A stretch of DNA of 64,000 bases, taken from NCBI GenBank assembly GCA_003104935.1, contig PQAE01000007.1, forward strand, positions 47,221 to 111,220, in the 5' to 3' direction. This document shows, piece after piece, positions 47,537 through 57,110 of the stretch. Source of the stretch: Parcubacteria group bacterium (GTDB lineage Bacteria; Patescibacteriota; Patescibacteriia; UBA1558; GWA2-36-10). The translations under genes were made by a program, and so were the position numbers. The notes below the pieces were generated by a model. That model was not told where the DNA came from, did no database searches, and worked only from the letters and a program-made list of their open reading frames with translations. Each line of letters opens with the position of its first letter. The first letter of the stretch is position 1.

Positions 47537-47981
47537 TAGCCATAGCTACAAAAGTCCAATCTTCTTTACCGTCACCCTGAATTTATTTCAGGGTCTGGTA
47601 TGTGAGACTCTGAAACAAGTTCAGAGTGACCATCATTTATTAGGCTTTTGTAGCTATGGCTAGCCAAAATATGCAAGTAAGATATTAATGTACTAACATA
47701 TAATGTTAGCATATTTTATGAATTTTGTCAATAGTAGGTAAATACCCTATATAAAGCCTGTTACTCTGGAGTCTGTAGGACGATAGAGTCTATATGTATA
47801 TAATCTTATGGATTCTATCGCCGCGCTAAGCGCGGCTCCAGAATGACAAATAAAAATGCGGCCAGCCACGCTTGTTCACGGTCATTGCGAGCCCGTCTCA
47901 GGGCGTGGCAATCTAAATGTTTTAGATTGCTTCGTCGCCGTAGGCTCCTCGCAATGACTATTAATTTCCGTGGCTGGCCGC
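47537..47981. repeat. Cluster of REP-like palindromes, two nested in larger inverted repeats
   Basis: GTCA...TGAC-type units at 47571-47630, ~47761-47847 and 47881-47958; enclosing IRs 47537-47554/47645-47662 and 47858-47870/47969-47981. Confidence 0.7.
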
Positions 47982-48025
47982 CGCAACTTTTTCTATTTTG
48001 TGTCGCTTTATGTTAAGATATAAGT

Positions 48026-48805
48026 ATGTCTGGAATAAAAGAATATACAAAATATCTCAAAGCCGGTGGTCTAAAAAAACAAACTGTCGAAAATTACCTC
48101 TGGCACACCAGTAAATTTTTGAATTGGCTGGGCACTAATGACTTAAATACGGAAAAAATTAAATCTTATCAGAAAGACTTAGTCCGCTCCGCTTATAGTC
48201 CGGCTACCGTCAACCTTCATCTCATTAGTATCAATAAATATTTAGACTATCGCGGGCTAAAATCAAAGCTTCATCTTGTGGCCGAGCCAACTAAAGAACT
48301 TGATTATCTAAATAAACGCCAGCTGTCTCTCTTTGTGGAGGCCGTGCCCAATACTTCGAAGTTTATTCATCTGCGCGACCGGGCGCTGCTGGAAATACTC
48401 TATACTACCGGGCTTAAAGTGGGGCAGATTATTTTACTAAAAAAGCATCATATTGATACCGTCAAGCAAGAAATAATTTTAGATAATAAAAAACAACTCC
48501 TCCTGCCACCTCTAGCCTGGTCGGCTCTGAAAAAATATCTGGACAGAAGAGTTGACGATATAGATTATTTATTTGTCAATCTGGATAGAGCACAAAAGGG
48601 TAAAGAAATGATGCTATCTATCCGCTCAGTCGAGAGAATTATTGAAAAATACGGCCGCCAGATCGGCTTGGAGGTAACACCGCAAATTTTACGCAATACT
48701 CTGGCCAAAAATCTAAAAAATGACGGCGCCGACCGCGGTCAATTACAAGCACAGCTGCATTTTCATACCAAACTGGGTGCGGAAAATTATCTCAAGAGAA
48801 TTTAA
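48026..48805 (+). CDS. XerC/D-like tyrosine recombinase with degenerate active site
   Basis: LRDRALLEILYTTGLKV, TPQILRNTLA, LHFHTKLGAENY. Confidence 0.8.
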   Translation: MSGIKEYTKYLKAGGLKKQTVENYLWHTSKFLNWLGTNDLNTEKIKSYQKDLVRSAYSPATVNLHLISINKYLDYRGLKSKLHLVAEPTKELDYLNKRQLSLFVEAVPNTSKFIHLRDRALLEILYTTGLKVGQIILLKKHHIDTVKQEIILDNKKQLLLPPLAWSALKKYLDRRVDDIDYLFVNLDRAQKGKEMMLSIRSVERIIEKYGRQIGLEVTPQILRNTLAKNLKNDGADRGQLQAQLHFHTKLGAENYLKRI

Positions 48806-48896
48806 AATAAAAAAAACGTTGACCCCCTCTTCCGTCTCCCCCTTGGTAAGGGGGAGAAAAAGCAGGGTTATTAAGTGCGCCGTTTTTGAATTGCTA

Positions 48897-49442
48897 TTAT
48901 CTTTTGTAAATCCCAATAAGCTGTGCCGTGTCCAAAACATGCCCCTGTATTTCTTTGAGCACATCGGCTTTAGTGGAATTGAACGGCAGGTCTAATAAAT
49001 TATCCAGAGCGTAAAGTGTAAAAACATAAGAATGTTCCCCGTCTGGCGGGCAGGGACCGCCATAAGCTTGTTTACCACCGCTATTCATACCGACGATGCC
49101 GGCCGGTTTGGTATCTTCGGCAATACTAAGATTGCCCGGCATAATATTCCAGACTAACCAGTGATCCCAGACCTTGCCGGCGGGTTTGATAGCATCCGGA
49201 TCATCCATAATCAGTACCAAACTCTGCGTGCCCTCAGGAATTTCCGCAAAACTCAGAGGTGGATTTATATTTTGTCCGTCGCACGTATACTTTGCAGGTA
49301 TTAAATCGTTATTTTGAAAAGCAGTTGATGTAATATTCATATGATTATTGTTTATATTAAAATTTTTGACCGGAGCAGTTTGCTCCTGAGAAGTGCAACC
49401 GGTCAAGAACAATACCAAGGTTATTAATAAAAAAACCCTCAT
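48897..49442 (-). CDS. YbhB/YbcL (PEBP/RKIP) family lipoprotein
   Basis: LTGC lipobox, DDPDA, WDHW, YGGPCPP. Confidence 0.9.
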   Translation of the reverse strand: MRVFLLITLVLFLTGCTSQEQTAPVKNFNINNNHMNITSTAFQNNDLIPAKYTCDGQNINPPLSFAEIPEGTQSLVLIMDDPDAIKPAGKVWDHWLVWNIMPGNLSIAEDTKPAGIVGMNSGGKQAYGGPCPPDGEHSYVFTLYALDNLLDLPFNSTKADVLKEIQGHVLDTAQLIGIYKR

Positions 49443-49578
49443 AACGATATTATAGCCATTTTAGGCCCAGTAGTAAAATCAATATCCGGCCGTCATATTT
49501 GACAAATCAGTTAAATAGGCTTAAATTAAGGCATTATTTAAGTTCATCAAAACCTGAGTTATTGAAGGAGGCAAAAAA

Positions 49579-50628
49579 ATGATCAACCCCGGCCAGTTTG
49601 TGATCATGAGCGGCACCGGGAATCATGATCTTGCTCAGCGCGTTCTGGACGTGGTCAACGGATTGGGCTTCAATAAACTGAAGTTCAACCATTTGTCCAA
49701 GGATTCTTACCAAGACGGTGAGGACGATACCAGCATCGAGAAACCGGAATCGCTCCACGGAAAAGATCTGGTCTTTTTTCAGAGCATCTTTGGCATCCCC
49801 TTGCTGTTGGAGTTTCTCCAGATCGTCTGGGCCGCCAAGTTCCAATATGGCGCTCGTTCGGTCACGGCTGTGTTGCCGTTTTTCATCTACCGGCGCCAGG
49901 ATCATCCGGAAATCATCGAGGAGATCTATCGCAACCAGTGGCTAGTGGCGATGATGAAGGCCTCTGGCGTCGATCGGGTGCTTTTCTGCGACGTCCATTC
50001 TCAGCGCAGTTTGCAAAATTGCGCCCAGTACGGCATCGAAGCCTATAACGTCATTCCGTCCACGGCTTTTGCCGAGCATCTCAGTCCGCTGGTGGAAACC
50101 GCCCATGAGCAAGGCCGGAAGTTTTACGTCTATGCGCCGGATGAAGGGGCGCTAGTCAGAGCTGTTGATCTGGCCAAAACCCTGAAAGTCAAGTTAGTGG
50201 CCACTCTCAAAAGGAGAGATTACAAGGGCGATCTGGTCATCTACAAAGATTTGGTCAGATTGCAAGAACTTTCCCGGCAACACAGCTTCCCGATTGCCTG
50301 GGCTGATAAACGGCGCATCAAAGGACATGACGTCTGTGTCCGCGACGATGAGCTTGCCACCGGCAGCACCGCTCACAAGACAGGTTGGTATGCCCGTAAG
50401 CATCTGGGCGCCAACAAAGTCTTTTTCTGCGCTTCATCTGCTGTCTGCGCGCCCGGTTGGCGCAGGAAATTCCTGCGCAATACTCCCTTTGACCACGCTT
50501 TCTTGGGGAATTGTATCCCCCGCGACTATCCTCGCAGTACGGGCGGTCACGCCACTACGGTCCATGTTTCCCGACCTTTGGGAAACCAGCTCTTCAAAAT
50601 CATGGCCGGCATTCCCAAAGCCGACTAA
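49579..50628 (+). CDS. Ribose-phosphate pyrophosphokinase-like protein, divergent
   Basis: YQDGE, PFFIYRRQD, DVHS, APDEGA, KRR, DDELATGST. Confidence 0.75.
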   Translation: MINPGQFVIMSGTGNHDLAQRVLDVVNGLGFNKLKFNHLSKDSYQDGEDDTSIEKPESLHGKDLVFFQSIFGIPLLLEFLQIVWAAKFQYGARSVTAVLPFFIYRRQDHPEIIEEIYRNQWLVAMMKASGVDRVLFCDVHSQRSLQNCAQYGIEAYNVIPSTAFAEHLSPLVETAHEQGRKFYVYAPDEGALVRAVDLAKTLKVKLVATLKRRDYKGDLVIYKDLVRLQELSRQHSFPIAWADKRRIKGHDVCVRDDELATGSTAHKTGWYARKHLGANKVFFCASSAVCAPGWRRKFLRNTPFDHAFLGNCIPRDYPRSTGGHATTVHVSRPLGNQLFKIMAGIPKAD

Positions 50629-50685
50629 AAAGCCCCCCAGTATCAAGCGTCAAACGCAGGTACTGGGGGGTTTTGCATTTATGAA

Positions 50686-51090
50686 TTAGGGGATTAGCTC
50701 AAACCAGCGGCAATTGGAAATGTCGTTGTTACAAGTATATTTTACTTTTCGCGTCGCTCCGGTGCTACTAGCTGTGGCTTCTATATTGGTCAGACAATCA
50801 GTGCCACAATCCAGATCATCGACAAAAACAGTATTAACTTCAAAACCACTGACCGTCATAGTGGCAAAAATGAAATTAGTCGGTTCGCGACGGAGTTGCA
50901 TGATCGCTTCACCTAAACCGGATTCCGAAGCGTAAAAAGCTTGAGTGGAATCCAAAAAAGATTTGGTACTGATCTGATTGTTATTAGCCGTCACCGCCGT
51001 AGAAATCGCGATGGTTAGTACCGCCGCCGATATTACCATAGCGGCTATGATCGCCGCGGCTCCGGATCTTTTGTGATTTGTTTTAAACAT
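50686..51090 (-). CDS. PilX-like minor pilin
   Basis: SGAAAIIAAMVI..QAFYASESGLGEA. Confidence 0.7.
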   Translation of the reverse strand: MFKTNHKRSGAAAIIAAMVISAAVLTIAISTAVTANNNQISTKSFLDSTQAFYASESGLGEAIMQLRREPTNFIFATMTVSGFEVNTVFVDDLDCGTDCLTNIEATASSTGATRKVKYTCNNDISNCRWFELIP

Positions 51091-51091
51091 C

Positions 51092-51625
51092 TTAGCGAAT
51101 GCTGATAAAAGTCTGATAAGTTTGCTGCAAATATCTGAGAGGGTCAACGGTAGCGGCGGTGGTTAGTGTAAAACCTATCTCTACTCCTTTGTTCGCCACG
51201 CCGGCGTTATTGGTCAGACTCTGCAAAGTCAAACCCGAAACACTTATGTTGGACGAATTTAGTATCACTGGTGTGACACTGGACTGGGCCGGAAAACCGC
51301 CACCCTGATCGTCAGATTGGCGATAAACCAACTTGTCGGATTCCAAAGTGATGCTAAAACGTGAAGTACTGGAAGTATAAAATAATAATTTTTCTATTGC
51401 CGGAGAAACATCTTCCATATAATCCACATTATGCACGCGGTTGGCTATAAAATTCAAAATAAAACGGGCATTGTGGTTTACCGAGTCCGACGATTGTTGC
51501 ATCTTCTTGGCGTTATAAATATTAATCACCAAACTGCCGACGGTAATTAAAATAATGGCCGTAATGGAAAAATACATTATAGTTTCTATGAGAGTAAAGC
51601 CTTTTTTTATTTTCTTACCCTTCAT
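51092..51625 (-). CDS. Type IV minor pilin (prepilin N-methylation site)
   Basis: KKGFTLIET. Confidence 0.85.
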   Translation of the reverse strand: MKGKKIKKGFTLIETIMYFSITAIILITVGSLVINIYNAKKMQQSSDSVNHNARFILNFIANRVHNVDYMEDVSPAIEKLLFYTSSTSRFSITLESDKLVYRQSDDQGGGFPAQSSVTPVILNSSNISVSGLTLQSLTNNAGVANKGVEIGFTLTTAATVDPLRYLQQTYQTFISIR

Positions 51626-51626
51626 C

Positions 51627-53525
51627 TCAATTAATGCTATAACTGATGGTTACTTCCTCCAACACGGGCGCCAACAATTCCGCTGTGCTGGACATAAATA
51701 ATTTGTATCTAATATACCTTTGATTAACATGCTGGCTATAGTTTATATATTCATGAGCGCCGACGGTATAGTAAGTAGCCGCTGTGCCATTCGGCCCGGC
51801 ATAATTCCAGGGGCCGCCGATGTCGTTGCTGGTGGCCAATTGAAACTTCATAACGGTATTATCCGGCATGGTGCCGGTCCAAGATATCCAATTATAAACA
51901 GTTTGATTGCTACCGGTGTCGTAAGTCGATGACTCTAGAGTGCCGGCAACGGAATATCCGCAATTGGAAACCTGTGTCCAGATTATAAAAAATTCCTTTT
52001 GATTGCCGGAAGTAGCGGCATAAATCACCGAACAGTTAGCCGACATACCCAAAACAAAACCGTATAGATTAAAACCCGATATTTTAGTAATCGCCGCCGG
52101 GTTAGCAATATCAATAACTACCAATTCCTCGTCCAAAAAATTCGTGCCTAATAAAGCGTATTGACCGACAATTGCAAAAGAATGAACTGACTCCCCGACC
52201 TCATACGAGCCTAATAAAACCGGAGCGGATGGGTCAGTAATGTCAAAAACATAAAATTCAGGATAAGAACCGTTATTTTCCGTAGCTAAATAAGCCCGGG
52301 TACCCCGCACATTAACATCGGTAGCTTTGAGATTGCCCGATAAATTATATTGCCCCCGCGGCAACAAGTTGGCCGGGTTAGTAGCGTCTATTATTTGCAG
52401 TTCCTTGTCGCTATCTTGAGTAGCGATAAAGACGTTATTTTCCGCTAAATACAATTCCCAGGCATTATCATCGACGGAAATGCTATCTAACAACAGTGGA
52501 GCCGCTGGATTAGCCAGTGAAAAAGCATAGAGGTTAGCCCCCTGTACCACAAAAACCTGGGAGTTGTTCAATACTAAATCCCGGGCATCATCGTTTGAGG
52601 GTAGGTTATAGGTATAAATAATATGGGGATTCTGTCTATCAGAAACATCAACCACGGTTATTTCCGAATTATTTCCTCGGGTAGACAAATAGGCATAATT
52701 GCCCTGAGTCACTACCGAGGTGACTCCATCGCCGATATCCAAAGAAGAAATTAATACCGGACTGCCGATATTACTGACATCCAATATGTAAAACTCTGAA
52801 CCGGAGGGATTATTTTCCGTCACTAAATAGGCGATACCGTTAACCTCAAAAACATCGGTATCGTCAAAATTTCCCGGCGTATCAAAATATGCTGTGGTTG
52901 TGGCCTGGGTCCAATCAATATGACCGGCCGACAAGGTGGCTGTACCGGCAAAGGAAACATCAATACCACTGTCTTTAGTATAAAATTTAGTGGGATCGGA
53001 CCACTGGTTTTGACCCGCGCCGCCGGACCAGTCCGTCTGGATCCAACGAGTCGCCCCCCAGCGATACCGAAAATTCTCTAAAGCTACGCTTTTTTCTTGA
53101 CCAATGGCGCTGGGCCAGGTTATATCCACGGTTATTTTTTTGGTATCTGGATCGAGATAGCCACCCGTAGCAACTATCGCTCCGTGTACCTGACCATTAG
53201 TAGAACTAGCTCTATAAACATCACTGACTGTTAAAAGACGGGTGTATTTGCCATCAAGAAGCTCGCTACCCGAAGCCAGGTTCCAAGTACCGCCGCTAAC
53301 TACCGGATGGTATTGCCCGCTACTGAGGTTGGACCAGGAAATCAAATTAGCCGCCTCAATACCCTCGGTGGCGTCAAAAATTGCCTGTGTGCGTTCCTGA
53401 TTAAAACGGCGTAACTGAAAACTATGTCCGCTGATACTGATGGTTAGGACGATAATGACCGCCACAAAAGATATAGCCACCAACAATTCAATCAGTGAAA
53501 ATCCTTTTTTATTTTTACCGATCAT
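51627..53525 (-). CDS. Large pilin-like protein with LVIVD beta-propeller repeats
   Basis: KKGFSLIELLV; repeated (I/V)(L/V)DV(S/T)(N/D)P..P units. Confidence 0.8.
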   Translation of the reverse strand: MIGKNKKGFSLIELLVAISFVAVIIVLTISISGHSFQLRRFNQERTQAIFDATEGIEAANLISWSNLSSGQYHPVVSGGTWNLASGSELLDGKYTRLLTVSDVYRASSTNGQVHGAIVATGGYLDPDTKKITVDITWPSAIGQEKSVALENFRYRWGATRWIQTDWSGGAGQNQWSDPTKFYTKDSGIDVSFAGTATLSAGHIDWTQATTTAYFDTPGNFDDTDVFEVNGIAYLVTENNPSGSEFYILDVSNIGSPVLISSLDIGDGVTSVVTQGNYAYLSTRGNNSEITVVDVSDRQNPHIIYTYNLPSNDDARDLVLNNSQVFVVQGANLYAFSLANPAAPLLLDSISVDDNAWELYLAENNVFIATQDSDKELQIIDATNPANLLPRGQYNLSGNLKATDVNVRGTRAYLATENNGSYPEFYVFDITDPSAPVLLGSYEVGESVHSFAIVGQYALLGTNFLDEELVVIDIANPAAITKISGFNLYGFVLGMSANCSVIYAATSGNQKEFFIIWTQVSNCGYSVAGTLESSTYDTGSNQTVYNWISWTGTMPDNTVMKFQLATSNDIGGPWNYAGPNGTAATYYTVGAHEYINYSQHVNQRYIRYKLFMSSTAELLAPVLEEVTISYSIN

Positions 53526-54001
53526 AAATCAATCAGGCCTGAGGCCTCTATTTTTATTTCCTGAATTTGGTTATTGTCCGGGATGAAAAAAAGAGTGATT
53601 GTTCCGGTGTTGTTTGTCTCTCCGGTAAATTTGCCGAAGATCACGTCTGCCCCGCGCAAACTTAGGTCTTTAGCAAAGGTAGAGGTAGGTCTAAACACAG
53701 CTACTTTATCTAGATACCAAATTTTGTTGGTGGGATCGAGACTATCGTAGGTACTGCTGGCAAAAAGCGTATAGCTATTTTCTTCCAGATGCACTCCCCA
53801 GTCTTTGCCTCCGGCCGCCGCCGTAGCTAACTGCTGTGCCCGATACAAAACACTGGCTAAATTTTCCTTGCTGGTCACTAGTTGCTGATAGTATCGCCAA
53901 TGCTGATAGGTGGTAAAACCAAAGTAAGATATTATCCCTAATATAGCTATGACTACCAGTACTTCGATGATGCTAAATCCTCGATGTTTGATCATGCTCA
54001 A
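53522..54001 (-). CDS. Type IV minor pilin (FimT/GspH-like)
   Basis: RGFSIIEVLVVIAILG. Confidence 0.85.
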   Translation of the reverse strand: MSMIKHRGFSIIEVLVVIAILGIISYFGFTTYQHWRYYQQLVTSKENLASVLYRAQQLATAAAGGKDWGVHLEENSYTLFASSTYDSLDPTNKIWYLDKVAVFRPTSTFAKDLSLRGADVIFGKFTGETNNTGTITLFFIPDNNQIQEIKIEASGLIDL

Positions 54002-55257
54002 TCCGCAAAGCTAAGAGTTAATTGGTACATCGGGCTAATCACTGAGACCGCGATAAAACCCACGGCCACACCTACAAGCAGTAGTAAAACCGGCTCGATG
54101 ATAGTAGATAAATTTGCCAAGGTGTTGGTCACCCGGTCCTCATAATACTCGCCGATTTTTGCTAAGATACTTTCCAGTTCTCCGGTCTTGGCTCCGACCT
54201 GGCAAAGCTGAATAGCTAGTGACGGGAATAAATTGGAACGCTCGCTCATGGTCTTGTCCAGGGGCTCTCCTTTTTCCAACTCCTTGGCCATGTCCAGCAC
54301 TGCCAACCGATATTTCATATTACCCAATGTCTTACCGACTATTTCCATCGAGGTGACAATCGCCAAACCAGCTCCTAATAGCGTATGTAGGTTGCTGGCA
54401 TATCTGGTGAGATTAATATCTTTGATAATCCGTCCAGCGATAGGCATTTTTAACAAAAAACTGTGTAATAATAACTTTGGTTTTGGCAGTTTAAAAATAA
54501 TTTTGAACAAAATAAACAAAATGACTAGGGCCAGCAGAATATAGATATAATAATTTCTGATAGTATTACTGATAAAGCGAACCGCCACTAACGTAAATGG
54601 TAATTTAACTCCGGCGTCTTCAAACATGGTAACTAATTGAGGGAAAACCATCGTGGCCAGAACCAAGCTGACCACCACTAAAGCGATTAAAACAATGCAG
54701 GGATACATCAGGGCGCCCAATACCTTGCTCTTTAGGGCCTTTTGCGATTTAAGGGTGATAGCCAAGCGCGCCAGAGTTTCTGGCAACATACCGGTATTTT
54801 CTCCCACTTCGACCGAAGCGATGATCATCTCGGAAAAAACTTTAGGATAAAGCTTCATACCTTTGGATAAGAGCTGTCCGTTTTCCACGTTGTCTTCCAG
54901 ATGCGCTAATATTTTTTTAAAATATTTATTTTTTGTTTCCTGAGCTAAAGTATGGAGTGCCGGCGCTAAAGGCAGACCGGCCTTAAGCATGGTGGAGAGG
55001 TTGTCCACAAACATCATCTCTTCAGTCAAGGAAACCCGGCTAAAAAATTCTCTCAGCCGTCCGACTCTTTTTTCATCCGTTTTTTTGACGGGCGGGTTGG
55101 GGTGCTTCTCCTCCTTGTCCGGCTTAGCAGCATGACGATTGTAAGGGGCCGGTGGCGCTTTGGGCGCGGCCTTGACCGGAACTTCTTTAGAGGTCTCGGC
55201 CTTTTTTTGAAGGTCGGTATCGTCGATCAGGTGGTGTTTAGTGTCTAAATATTCCAT
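53998..55257 (-). CDS. pilC: Type IV pilus platform protein PilC/GspF
   Basis: VGENTG.L, MYP, IIEP..SVISPMY. Confidence 0.92.
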   Translation of the reverse strand: MEYLDTKHHLIDDTDLQKKAETSKEVPVKAAPKAPPAPYNRHAAKPDKEEKHPNPPVKKTDEKRVGRLREFFSRVSLTEEMMFVDNLSTMLKAGLPLAPALHTLAQETKNKYFKKILAHLEDNVENGQLLSKGMKLYPKVFSEMIIASVEVGENTGMLPETLARLAITLKSQKALKSKVLGALMYPCIVLIALVVVSLVLATMVFPQLVTMFEDAGVKLPFTLVAVRFISNTIRNYYIYILLALVILFILFKIIFKLPKPKLLLHSFLLKMPIAGRIIKDINLTRYASNLHTLLGAGLAIVTSMEIVGKTLGNMKYRLAVLDMAKELEKGEPLDKTMSERSNLFPSLAIQLCQVGAKTGELESILAKIGEYYEDRVTNTLANLSTIIEPVLLLLVGVAVGFIAVSVISPMYQLTLSFAD

Positions 55258-55258
55258 A

Positions 55259-56992
55259 TTATTCTCGTTTGATGCTTAAGACTTCGTCGATAGTGGTCAT
55301 GCCCATCAGCGCTTTTTGCATACCGTCTTCAAAAATGGTGATCATGCCCTCTTCTTTGGCGATATCTTCAATATCCCCGGAGGAAGCGTTGTTGATTATT
55401 TTATGCTGGACACGATCGGTGTTTTCCAATATCTCTAAAACCGACAATCTCTTGCGATAGCCGGTACCGTTGCACTGATCACAACCCTTGCCCCGGTAAA
55501 AAGTCAGTTCGGCAAAAGATTTAAATTTATCTTCAATGATATTTAACTTCTTAAAACGCTCCAGCATTTCTTCCAGATTAAACTCCTTGCTCAAAACCTT
55601 GAGTTCATCTTTAGATAACATATAGGAATAAATGCAACCCTGACAAACACGACGCACCAATCTTTGAGCCAGCACCACATTTAAAGTCGAGGCTACTAGA
55701 TACGGCTCTACGCCCATATCCAGGAGACGTGGCGGGGCGCCGGCGGCATTGTTGGTATGCAAGGTGGACAAAACCAAATGTCCGGTCAAACCGGCGCGTA
55801 CGGAAATCTGAGCCGTGTCGCTGTCGCGGATTTCACCGATCATGATAATGTCCGGATCTTGACGAAGTAGGGCGCGCAGGCCGTTGACAAAGTCGTAACC
55901 GGCTTTGATGTTAACCTGAGTTTGATTAACCCGATTGATACCATATTCGATCGGATCTTCGATGGTACAAATATTAACGTCTTCCGTATTTAAAATGTTT
56001 AGCACGGCATAAAGGGTAGTGGTCTTGCCGGAACCGGTCGGTCCGACTACCAAAATCATGCCAAAAGGTTTTTTAATCTGACGGTCCATAATCTCAATGT
56101 GTCGATCGGTAAAACCGATATCGGACAAAGTCATATCCTGGGCTTCATCGGTCATCAGCCGCATCTCTACTTTCTCCCCATAAAAAGCCGGGATGACCGA
56201 AACGCGTACCGATTCCTCTTCTTCATCCACTTTAAAAGAAAAACGTCCGTCCTGGGGAACGCGATGTTCATCGGTCCGCAGATTGGCTAATATTTTAATG
56301 CGCGCAACCAAAGCATCGTGCACTGTGGTGGGTAATTCGATCTTATCCTGCAGTTCACCGTCCACCCGAAAACGCACCACGACCGCATCGGGCAACGCTT
56401 CAATGTGAATATCCGAAGCCTGCTCAAACATAGCCGCTTCTAAGATGGCATCAATTATTTTTATGATCGGCACTTCGGCCTTAACTGTCTTTTCCGCTTC
56501 GGTCTGGGGAAACTTAGTGGCTAAAATCTTGGTAATCTCCGCCTTCATGTCTTTTTTATACAGACGCGAGGCAAAGCGGTAACTTTTGTAATTAGTAATA
56601 TAAGGAACTACCGTCTTTTTAGTGGCTTTTTTAACCAGGGCGATATTTTCCTCGTTAATCGGATCGATAAAAGCTACGTTTATCTTTTTGCCCTTAACTT
56701 CAAAAGGTATAGCCCGCGCCTGACGGACGGTTTCATCGTCTAGCTCCTGCAACACTGTCATATCCATTTTATATTTGCGCAGGTTGACATAGGGGATCTT
56801 GAGATTATCCCCAATTAATTCATATAAATAACGCTCATTAAAAAAACCGCGCTCAATCAAGACTTCTTCAATGCCCCGGCGACGCCGGTTAGCGTTGTGT
56901 TCAGCATCTTTCCAGTCTTGGGCGCTGATGACCTTAGCCTTAATAAGGACTTCTTTTAATTTTTCCAGAGATATTGGCAATGTTGCCGCCAT
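55259..56992 (-). CDS. pilB: Type IV pilus assembly ATPase PilB/GspE
   Basis: GPTGSGKTTT, TIEDPIE, LRQDPD, GHLVLSTLHTN. Confidence 0.95.
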   Translation of the reverse strand: MAATLPISLEKLKEVLIKAKVISAQDWKDAEHNANRRRRGIEEVLIERGFFNERYLYELIGDNLKIPYVNLRKYKMDMTVLQELDDETVRQARAIPFEVKGKKINVAFIDPINEENIALVKKATKKTVVPYITNYKSYRFASRLYKKDMKAEITKILATKFPQTEAEKTVKAEVPIIKIIDAILEAAMFEQASDIHIEALPDAVVVRFRVDGELQDKIELPTTVHDALVARIKILANLRTDEHRVPQDGRFSFKVDEEEESVRVSVIPAFYGEKVEMRLMTDEAQDMTLSDIGFTDRHIEIMDRQIKKPFGMILVVGPTGSGKTTTLYAVLNILNTEDVNICTIEDPIEYGINRVNQTQVNIKAGYDFVNGLRALLRQDPDIIMIGEIRDSDTAQISVRAGLTGHLVLSTLHTNNAAGAPPRLLDMGVEPYLVASTLNVVLAQRLVRRVCQGCIYSYMLSKDELKVLSKEFNLEEMLERFKKLNIIEDKFKSFAELTFYRGKGCDQCNGTGYRKRLSVLEILENTDRVQHKIINNASSGDIEDIAKEEGMITIFEDGMQKALMGMTTIDEVLSIKRE

Positions 56993-57110
56993 ATTAAGCT
57001 TTCCAAAGAATATTAATGACTAAATTATACCAAAAATCGGCTATTTATACAAAATAAATAAAAACCCCACGCCCGACAGTGTGGGGTTCTTAATAATTAT
57101 TGTCAAAATA

